A DNA stretch of 64,000 nt from Paragordius varius. Its lineage: Eukaryota > Animalia > Nematomorpha. The stretch lies in NCBI GenBank assembly GCA_964247055.1, contig OZ176050.1, positions 9,176,001-9,240,000 on the forward strand. Reading direction: 5' to 3'. The notes below the pieces were generated by a model that was not told the origin of the DNA, did not search any database, and saw only the letters and a list, made by a program, of their open reading frames with translations. Position 1 is the first letter of the stretch, and every line of letters starts with the position of its first letter. Both the position numbers and the translations under genes were made by a program. This document shows, piece after piece, positions 54,601 to 64,000 of this stretch.

Positions 54601-55029
54601 TTTACGGTCTCATACCTAGGGCGAAAAATCGATTTAAAAAATTATTTTTGTGGACTTTGCTTTTTGAAAAAAATGACATTTTACGGGGGGAGCGGGTAAA
54701 AAGAGGGCCTAAATCAAAAAAGTGGCTCGGCTATGTTCGGCGCAATCGAAAATAAGTAAACAATAATCATATTTGAAATTGAATGGTCCAACACGTTCTC
54801 CGGAAAATTGTCTCAAAGACACGATTTTTGTGGACTTCTGTTTTTTAAAAAAACCCGTTTTTCATACGGGGTGGGCCCGAACTGGGGGCCTATTTCAAAA
54901 AAAGGGCGAAGCTATTGTCGGGACATTTATTAATGATTATATTTTTTCGATATTTGGATTTGATTGGGTCTACCGGTTTTCCTGTACCAGATCACAAAGC
55001 CACATTTTCCATTTTTATAAATATATAGA
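51677..55029 (-). mobile_element. Composite non-autonomous Helitron-like element: two units joined head-to-tail (55029-52880 and 52879-51677)
   Basis: The minus strand begins A|TCTATATATTTATAAAAATGG at 55029 and ends CACGCTAG|T at 51677: an A-T insertion site with no TSD. A GC-rich hairpin lies 7-12 nt upstream of each CTAG. The internal junction reads CTAG|TC at 52880/52879. No Rep/helicase ORF. Confidence 0.82.
51865..55029. repeat. Dimeric tandem array, (A about 0.49 kb + B about 0.52 kb) x3, period about 1056-1092 bp
   Basis: A monomers start near 51865, 52955 and 54013; B monomers near 52358, 53449 and 54507. A and B are homologous (shared gtggactttg, gagggcctaaatc, gaatggtccaacacg and gggcgaagctattgtcggg blocks). 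Confidence 0.95.
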
Positions 55030-56088
55030 TTAACCATTTAAATGTAGCGTAGAATAGAAAATAATTTTAGCAATAATTGGAAATAATAAATCGCATGTTT
55101 TCCTCTATCTGCGATTCTTTTTTCTTTCAGATAACTATAATATCCACAATATCTTTTATTTTTAATACCTCTTCAAAACTGTCATCATTCTTTCAAAAAA
55201 TGTCCCATGTTTAACAAAACTGACAGATTCTAATAAAATTGATTAATGTATCTAGGAATTCTCATTTTATTATAATGGGAATCGGCGTTTTAGCTGACCT
55301 AAGATCACCTGATTTTGCCATGCATCAGTTAATAATAATCTTTAGCTATAAGTAAATATCGCCCTTAAAATATTTAAACACTTTTTAAGATACTGGAATA
55401 TCTTATAATAAATTTTTAGGAAATGCTGAACTCGTGGTAAAATAATAGGACAGTGATTTTAAGGGCAAATTATCTCAATAAGGTGACGGGTTAAATATTA
55501 AAAACTATCTATATTTTATAATTTTAACATATTTTCAATTGGTTAACTTGAGTAAGTGTGATTGTATTGAATGTTTATCTTTTAGGTGGCTTGTTTCATA
55601 AATTTTGAGTGTAAATGATGAAAATAAATTCCGTAAAATTTTAATTGTATGGCTAAAAATTGACTCGGTATTTTTATCACCTTCAAGTGTAAACTTGCTG
55701 GCTTAACTAAATCTGGGCGTATTTTACCCGACCTTTATCTATATAAATAATGCTGACCATTTCTATCACACAAAATTTGATTTAAATTTTCTTTCGTCTT
55801 CAAATTTATGTTAAATAAAAATGGTTTTTTTAAAATTCACCAAAATTTAAAATAAAAGATTCTTAAATCAAAATGAAGCGATAGCGTTCAGCATAATCGG
55901 TATAGAAAAAGTGTTTATGAATATATAAATCGTTGTTATACCGTTTCCATAATGCTTCCAATTGAAGTATGAACAAAATTTTGCTGAAATTAAATTATTG
56001 AAAAAGCGTAAAAAATAATTTTAGTTAGTAAATTTGACATTGTATTAAAAAGTTTTAGAAATCTTGGTTTTTGTGCGCTTATTTTAAT

Positions 56089-56560
56089 AGAACTAGCCCA
56101 TTTTATAAAAGCGAAATAATTTGGGGATATCGGAGTACACATCAAAAAATAAACTCTTATTAGAAATATTGTTTTTTTATAGGGAGTTATTGATAAATTT
56201 CATTGTAATCTTTAAAGTTTAGCTTTAATTAAAAAAATGTGTATTTGTCCAAATTTTTTCAATTTGATATGGAGAATACAAAAGTGTAGAATCCTCTCTT
56301 AAATCGCTTGTAAGGGATAAACACAAAAACACCACGACAATCCTGCATTTTCCTATAAGAATATATATAATTTCATCAGGTGTTTTTTGTATTCATATGT
56401 AATCACTTGTGTTCAAACGTGTTTTGGAGCTATCCTGTATTAGAAGTTAAAAAACTGTAAAAAATATGCTTTTTTTCATCAGAGTGGTTGAAATGAGTTT
56501 CAACCATATTCACAATTTATTTACAAGTTTGCTCTATAATATAAAACTACCCCAAAATGT
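56089..56560. mobile_element. Diverged partial copy of the 49690 TIR element plus the 47568-type repeat
   Basis: Starts agaactagcccatttta. The interior matches 49820-49960 (tttgatat..caaaagtgt..cttgtaa..cattttcctat); the distal part matches 47568-47740. Confidence 0.6.
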
Positions 56561-56774
56561 AATCATTTATAAAAAAATCAAATAATGATGTATTTAAATG
56601 AAAGACAAAACAAAAATTTTTATTAAATATATTATATATATATTTAATGAAGACAATATCCCCCCCAATTTTCGGCACTGTATATATTAGTGATACTCGA
56701 CCACCCCCAACGAGCTGCATGTAGCACTAAAAGTGCGTTTTTATGCCCTAAGTTATTGTTTTTTTGTTTTGAGT

Positions 56775-56889
56775 AAAATATCTGCAAATGTGTCAAACAG
56801 CTATAAAAAATTTCTCGGTATTATATGGTGCACTGCCCTTGAGACAAGATAAATATATTTTGCGCCCTTTTTAAATTTTTGGTTGCTAC
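56775..56889. repeat. Short dispersed repeat, with a second copy at 60233-60339 downstream of HSF exon 7
   Basis: Shared tgcaaat.t.tcaaacagctat.aaa, gtgcac.g.cctt.agacaagataaata and ttttgcg blocks; a partial match near 16010. Confidence 0.65.
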
Positions 56890-57064
56890 GACTAGTGTAT
56901 ATGATTCATATTAGTGTAAGAATATAAATAAAAATAATTGTTTCGAAATATAATTACATAATAAGTCCAAATTAAAAAATTTATTTGGATTTGCAGTGAG
57001 ACCGGACTATCGCTAAAATGTTCATTAACTCGCCCATTTTTTCGTTCGACCAAATAATATTCTG

Positions 57065-60000
57065 ATGACTGCGACTATACCAGCCTTTGTTGCTAAATTA
57101 TGGTCTTTGGTTGAAGATGCGAAAACAAATCAGTTTATTACATGGAGCGAGGTTTAATTTATATAATTTATTTTAGAACGGCAATAGTTTTATGGTTTAT
57201 AATTCCACCATATTCTCCAAACTTATTTTACCTAGATATTTTAAGCATAATAACATGACTAGCTTTATCAGACAACTCAATATGTGTAAGATAATTTTAT
57301 TTATATTATAAGATGGATTTCGAAAAATTGCAAATATCGATCAAGGAAGTCTGAATTCTGCCAATGAAGATTTGGAATTTTTTCATCCATATTTTGTGAA
57401 AGGACAGCCATCACTTCTTCTAAATATAAAACGGAAAGTATTTTTGTTTATAATTGTCTATTTAGACTTTGCCGGAAAATAATCGTAATACCTCCCTCAA
57501 TTTAATAAGCGACATCACAGAAGTCAAAGAAAAACAATATGAAATTGACAATAAAATAGATGATATAAAGCGTGAAAACACAGCTCTCTGGGATGAGGTT
57601 TTATACCTGCGACAAAAATACAATAAACAACAATTAGTCATTAAAAAGGTTAACATTAATATTTATTAAATATTAGTTAATCCAATTTCTTCTAGCCATG
57701 ATAACACCTTACGGTAACATAAAAGTCAAACCCAAAATGCCAATTTACATCAATAATTTATTTAACAATCCTCGTAATTTAAGAGCTGTGGAGAATGTAT
57801 CAAATAGCGAAACTGAATATCATAACAAACTCTGTGATGGAACAAAATCTATTTTATTAGGTATGTGTGCAGGTTAATCAATAATAGAACGTTTAATTTG
57901 TACAGCAAATATTGGTAAAAATCCAATATAATGTTACAAAAGTTTAATATTAAATAATTAATATAAAGTGTTTTAACACTTCCTTTATACCCTAGAGACA
58001 TTAATAAATTTAAATATCTTAAAATATTCATCCGATCAAATTTTAGAATAGGCTTTGTTTGACCTTTTAGGCGCATGACATTGTAATAACTTCATCTCAT
58101 TTTTCTCTGCTTTTCGCTAATACACAAGGCAAGTATAGGTTTATTATGTCTAAAATATAAAAATAAATAACTTAAAAAGCTTTTACAAGCTGTATTTTAC
58201 CGGAAAACTTTGGATATTTATTAAATTAAATACGACTTTGCTTCAATCGTGTTATAGAGCTACCCAAATTCGAGACTATAGAAGTTTAAAAATTTTAAGT
58301 TATTTTATCTGATTCATTGGAAGAGGGTTTGATAATTAAATTTTAATTACAACTTATAAATCAGTAGTTTGCTTCTTTGAGCGGGGTAAAAAACTACCTC
58401 AAAATCGCGTACAAAAAATGAAAATATAATGAATTGTTAGAATGTTGTAGTAACAAAGTTTTGATCAGCGCATAAAATTGTTTTTTTAATAATTCCTTGT
58501 TATTTTGATTTACCAAGAAAGTTATATCGCCTAAATAAAATTAACTCTTTTATATAACATTAAAAAATGGAAATTTTAGTCCTTTAATTTAGCTTTAGAA
58601 TGAAATAAGTGACTAAACTAGTTTAAATTACACTTTTGAATTCATTTTTTCAATTAATTTCTGATTATAAGTTTGCACTTCAAGAATAATATATTAATAA
58701 AAAAGTTAATTTGTTTTCATTGTGCAATAAACCTTTTATCCTTACAGTTTCATAAATATATAATTTTATATAACGTTAATTATGTAGAAGGACATCAAGA
58801 AAGCCATCCCAAAAAATTAAAGATCAATGTATCACAAGTTGATCAAAATGACACCATGCAGTTGTTGGAGCCTGCTCAACAATTATTGTTGGATCAAATT
58901 ATGAGTCAACAATCACCCTCAATGGAAATTGAAGTAAATACCGAACACGATGATAATGCTGACCAGCCTACGCAAAAGGAGGATTTATTAAATTTAATAA
59001 CCACAAATATTCTCCCTTCATTAAACAAATCTAATATGGATAACATGAATAATGCACCAATATCTAAAAAATATAAAAGAGTAAATGATTACAATAATGA
59101 ATCGGATCTTAATATGTTTGATGATTTTGATATCCCGGCCGCACTCAAGGATCATGTCACATTTTCGATTAACCCTAAAACGGAGCATTATAATGATAAA
59201 AATATGGAGGAAGAAAGTTGTTCACTTTACAATTGTCCAGATGGTATGTATAATATTTTTAATTTAAAAATTGGTTTCAACCACTATGGGTTTCATAAAA
59301 TTTTTATCTATAAATTTGTTGGAAATTTTATTGGGGATAAATGTAATTCGTACAAAAATTATGCAAAGAACTTATAGACTAAACTTTTTAGACATATTTG
59401 ATTATCTATTCTATGATAAAGCACTATGATGTTATTTGAAAAAAACTCAGACTAGCTTAATACGTTTTATACCATTTTTTATTTTTTTCGAAAAAAATAT
59501 AAAAATATAGGCCTTTACGATCAAATATTTCCTATTTTAATCGTTATTAGTTTCATTCCCTTTTTATCAGTTTATAAAATTTAATATGTAATACAGAAGC
59601 TAAGATTAGCAAATAGGTGGAAATAATTAACAATTTATATCGAAATTATCTCTAGTTTGGTACAAATAAAGTTTTATTCCTTTTTTATATTGTTTATCAA
59701 TAATTTAATATACAGAAGCCAACAGGTTTAACAAACAAGTGGATCCAACAGTTAACAACAATTATATAATGAATCCTTTGGCCCTTACCCCTTCTATGGT
59801 GGTGGAAGGAAGTGGTTTTGATTTCGATGACGTTTATGATCAAATTTATGATTGGCTCGATTTTGATCAACCTACCGCTATTAATAAAAACAACGGGAAT
59901 GCCATGATGAATAGTATTCAAACACCGAATACATACAATGATGAAAGATCGCTCATATCATCTAATAGCACTAATCTCAAAGATCTTGTGGGCAAGGGTG

Positions 60001-60674
60001 GGCTTTCATTAGATGCTAGTTTGCTAGTCGATTTGGTATGATAGATAATAACTATATTATATAAAATTAACTCATATCAGTCTGAGTGAGTTTAATTCAT
60101 ATAAAGACTGGGTATGAATGCCATCACGAACATGATTATCACCGTTTTCAAAAATGGTCGAAATCATGCCATACAAAATAAAAATAAGATTGGTTTATAT
60201 ACAACAAGGGCTCTAAATTTATTTTAAATAATTGCAAATTTATCAAACAGCTATGAAATTTTTATCGATTTTATATAGTGCACGGTCCTTTAGACAAGAT
60301 AAATAATTTTGCGACACTCTAAAATTTTTTGGTGAGTACCTATAACTTAAAATTAAGGTAAAAAATGTTTAAATTTAATATCCTTGATTATTATTACACT
60401 TAATTAATTGATCGATTATTTTTAATTTGTTGGATACATTTGTTTTTGGTTAAAAATGGCTAGACCGTGATTGACTGCTTTTAACCCTTAGTTAAATTAT
60501 TTTTGGCCTAATACCTATTATGTGTAAATAATATCCTATATCTGCCTTTAGATGCGAAATATTGAAAATAACGATTTGGATTACTCAAATTTAATGTCAT
60601 CCAAACTTGATGAAAACAGAGAAGAAAAAGCAACACAAATCGCAAAAGTCACACCTAAAAATATTAACTCTTAA
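57065..60674 (+). CDS. HSF: Heat shock transcription factor, about 528 aa if the last exon is used
   Basis: Exons 57065-57151, 57177-57285, 57313-57437, 57466-57648, 57677-57860, 58788-59243, 59716-60035 and 60552-60674 splice in frame. The DNA-binding domain reads [63 protein letters not shown], and HR-A/B reads [31 protein letters not shown]. The final exon is less certain (alternative stop at 60041). The paralogue cannot be assigned. Confidence 0.93.
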
Positions 60675-60771
60675 TTTCATCCCTACTAATCATATTACTA
60701 CATTCTGCAATATAAATTATAATAGTTTCTAGATTTAGTTGTGAAATAAATCTATAACATTTATTAATATA

Positions 60772-62547
60772 TTATGTTTCTCGTAAATGCGGGAATGTTG
60801 GCATAAATTCAGGTTTACACGGGTAAGGACTTTCACGAAAGTATGGGCTTTCTAAGGCACTTGCAGCAGTTATTCTATAAAGTGTAAAAAATATTAGCTT
60901 TAATCAAAAATGGTTTGTTTATTGATGAATGAATGATATTGTATACCGTTTTTTGGGATCATAAGCTAATAATGAAAAGAGAAGGTTGATGCCGTTATCG
61001 GATAACCATTGAAACGTATTTTTAATGCTATTGTATTTTTGCTGTTTTAGTTCAAATTTTTTGATCATGGGTAATGTGCTAAACCCTTCCCATATTTTTT
61101 CATTCGGTGTTCCCAGTAAATCAATAATCAAGCTAATTTGCTGTAATTCAGATTTTCCTGGCAGCAGTGGCTTATGTAATAACAATTCGCCCAAAATACA
61201 TCCAGCGGCCCTAAATAAAAACACATACATCAAATTAAAACGATTACTTCTTCGAAATAATATAAAAAATATGGTACACATATTTTGAACGTATCGTATT
61301 CTCGATTTATTAGACAAATTATTTTTTATGCACAATGTTATTATTATTTCTTAAAACCACTATGCATTCTGTTTTAATAACCAGTCAAAAATTTTACACA
61401 AGTTATATAATGTGGTATAAAACTTTATACAAATTTCAAAATGCGAGTTTTTAAGAATCTTCTTATTAATGATATTTTAAACCAATTGGATGGATTAATT
61501 TATTTGTTGTGTTTAATTATAATGTAAAATGACTGGGTATGACCGTGAATTTATAACGGTGAGCCGGCTGTTAAATTTGTATAGGCCAAAAAACCCCATC
61601 AAAAAAATATTGTGAACCTTAAACCGGTTTCAAAATAATATAAAAATAAATGGTTATATTTCCGATGTAGTATAGTGACATTCATAGTGGTTTAAAGCTA
61701 TCAATAACTAATCCAATTAATTGTTAAATAATTAGGCATAAAAAGAAAAAACCAAATGTCAATCGCCGTTGTTTGAGCCTTTGAGCCAAACAAAAGTTCT
61801 GGTGCTCTATACCACATAGTAACCACGTTCGGTGTTAACAATGATTCAGGAGGATTGCCAAACTTGCGAGCTAGACCAAAATCAGCTAAATATTATTCAC
61901 ATAAATTAACCAATTTTTACGGATCCAAAATCATTCATTAAAAGGTTTGAAACTTTTATATCACGGTGCAAAATATATTTAGAGTGCAAATATTTAAGGC
62001 CATTTAACACTTGAATCATAATACATTTGACCTGATATATTTGTATGAAGTTATACCTGTGCCTCTGTAAAGGGCTTTTGCATATAATCCAATAAGCTTG
62101 CCAAATCTTGTTCACAATATTCCATAACTAAATATATACTCTGTAAACTATAAATCAAAAGTTTAACTTATCATAATTTTTCCCAATCGCTATATCATAA
62201 ATTTTAATTATATTTGGATGAGGGTCATCATCCTTAAAATAAAGAATAAAAAACCATGGACAAATGCAGCAGTAAAGATATTTCTCGCAAAGAAGTAAGG
62301 GGAATTTCTTTATCCGACAAATTTTCACTATTTGTTCGAATTTTTTTAAGTGCGACGATTTTCTGACTTTCCTTATCAAGAGCCTTATATACAACTCCAT
62401 ACGTCCCTTCGCCAAGTCTTTTTAATTTTTTATATTTTTCAATCGATTTACAATTATTATGCTTGAACTATAATTAAAAAATGCGATTACTAAAAAATTC
62501 TTATCTAACAAATATAATTTATTTGAAGAATCCTCCATATCTAACAT
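60772..62547 (-). CDS. CDK10: Cyclin-dependent kinase 10, 348 aa, 8 exons
   Basis: Exons 62491-62547, 62255-62467, 62168-62232, 62057-62147, 61911-62031, 61753-61885, 60947-61210 and 60772-60874 total 1047 nt in frame. Motifs are [65 protein letters not shown] and C-terminal [12 protein letters not shown]; the set favours CDK10 over CDK11. Confidence 0.9.
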
Positions 62548-62733
62548 GTGTTCTTATTTATTTGCGCAAGCTCTATTTTTTTGCAAACCTAACCTGGTTC
62601 CGTTTACATTAACTTTGATTTGATACCATTTGCTGTTTATAATTTAATTCTTGGCTATTTCAATTATGGACAAGTAAATATAAATAAACTTAATATTTAG
62701 ATCTTTGTGTTTATTGTTTGTTGTCTATTTATT
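62548..62733. promoter_or_regulatory. Probable bidirectional promoter and 5' UTR region
   Basis: Only 186 nt separate the divergent ATGs of CDK10 (62547) and the right-hand ORF (62734). Inferred from gene arrangement, not from motifs. Confidence 0.6.
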
Positions 62734-64000
62734 ATGAGCGTATCTGACAAAAAACAACAGAAAAAACCTCATACTCCTTTTTCACTTAATCATTTTTCTA
62801 ACTATGGACAATTAAATGGCGAAATGATAGCGTTACAGGTCAATTCGCAGCAAAATAGCCATCCTAAGTCACATTCAAATAATACACATCGACCAAATCA
62901 ATATTATAAAACGATAGAATCAGATATGAATGTGATTCAATCCGCGAATCCTTCGTTGGGTATTGAAAAAAATAATTTTAAAACAAATGGATTACCCTTG
63001 AACAATATAATGGATTCTAACATGATGAATAATTTGAATTGCTTACACATTATACCAGTTAGTCAAACACCACTCTTTTACGTGCCAACTATGAATAATT
63101 TTAAGTTTTTACAATCACCAAATAATCAATATCCCCCACAATTCCCATATCCATTGAATGCGAATCCCAATTTATTATTTGGCAATGTACCTCAGCAACT
63201 TTTCCCAGTTAATCTTGTTGCAGTGTCATCACATACAACCATTCCGAATTCTACCTATTCTTATGGACAATCTATGGCTATAAATGGCAATGAATCAACG
63301 ATAATTGAGTCCTCGAATTCTGGTACCATTTCCTCCGTCGCTCAAGTGGTTGGAACCATGAGTTTACCCTTTAACAACGATAATAGTAAAAATGTTTCAT
63401 ACATACCAAATCATTTGCAACAATCGCAATCATATGCTGCACCAGCTTTTCCCACTCAAATTCCATTTCCCTTGGCATACCAAAATATACCGTCCCCACA
63501 CAACACAAATAATGCCCCATCATTGGGATATCCTAATGCTCCTTTCATAAATTTGTTGCCGGTTGGGAGCGTGAGTGGAGCGCCCGTGGCACCATTTATA
63601 CCCTCTGCATTTACTAATCATCCCCTTATACCTAATTTACAGAACCTTCAAACTTTACCGGTGATAGCTTCAGCTGGAGTTGGATCAACCTACAATGGTA
63701 GCGTTAATAATGGTATGGCTTTGGGTACAACAAGCCTAATATCGTCCTTGACTACAACTACGCATACGACAACGTTATCAGCTATGATGAATTCTAGCAA
63801 CATATCCTCTTCCATCATATCATCCCAGCATAATCACCATCAACAAGCGCCGCCCCCTTATGTTATAGCTTCTTTAGTTTCAACTCTGCCACAAAGCTCA
63901 ACAACTATGCTTATACACAACAATAATGCTAATATTGTTCGGAGCAAAGCAGTCAATGCATCATCGAGCGGCGAGGAAGGTGGTATACATGTTTTGCCTA
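62734..64000 (+). CDS. Unknown protein, N/S/P/Q/T-rich low-complexity N-terminal region of at least 422 aa, open to the window end
   Basis: Stop-free frame from MSVSDKKQQKKPHTPF to EEGGIHVLP, with higher GC than the flanks and PPPY at 63850-63861. It is absent from the ORF track, presumably because it has no stop in the window. No domain recognised. Confidence 0.85.
   Translation, partial: MSVSDKKQQKKPHTPFSLNHFSNYGQLNGEMIALQVNSQQNSHPKSHSNNTHRPNQYYKTIESDMNVIQSANPSLGIEKNNFKTNGLPLNNIMDSNMMNNLNCLHIIPVSQTPLFYVPTMNNFKFLQSPNNQYPPQFPYPLNANPNLLFGNVPQQLFPVNLVAVSSHTTIPNSTYSYGQSMAINGNESTIIESSNSGTISSVAQVVGTMSLPFNNDNSKNVSYIPNHLQQSQSYAAPAFPTQIPFPLAYQNIPSPHNTNNAPSLGYPNAPFINLLPVGSVSGAPVAPFIPSAFTNHPLIPNLQNLQTLPVIASAGVGSTYNGSVNNGMALGTTSLISSLTTTTHTTTLSAMMNSSNISSSIISSQHNHHQQAPPPYVIASLVSTLPQSSTTMLIHNNNANIVRSKAVNASSSGEEGGIHVLP

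Noticed and set aside
51669-55033. Many short ORFs in the ORF track across the array
   Set aside because: They recur with the repeat period, are broken by homopolymer length changes and show no Rep, helicase or other domain.
55080-55820. Minus-strand fragments (LLLTDAWQNQ, FTLEGDKNTES) faintly like pogo/Tc5-type DDE transposase motifs
   Set aside because: Many stops and only short motif resemblance; tBLASTn or HMM evidence would be needed.

Overview
Very AT-rich, intron-rich eukaryotic DNA whose proteins look animal-like. About 47 kb of the minus strand is one multi-exon HUWE1 (HECT E3 ligase) gene: the probable ATG is at 47317 and the HECT C-terminal part runs off the left edge. About 9.7 kb of repeat-rich intergenic DNA follows. 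It holds several TIR elements and a 3.35-kb non-autonomous Helitron-like concatemer (51677-55029, minus strand) with A|TC and CTAG|T ends, an exact CTAG|TC head-to-tail junction and a dimeric ~0.5-kb satellite body. Next come a heat shock factor gene (+), a convergent CDK10 gene (-) and a divergent low-complexity ORF that runs off the right edge. Two things stand out. First, all three resolved genes open with a run of 20-33 nt mini-introns and then switch to introns of roughly 65-1600 nt where resolved. Second, the Helitron-like array looks like a preserved rolling-circle product. Exon models were spliced by hand and checked for frame; comparisons to human proteins are from memory, not from a search. 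The species cannot be determined; the features fit a reduced parasitic metazoan (for example a myxozoan, dicyemid or orthonectid), but that is inference only.
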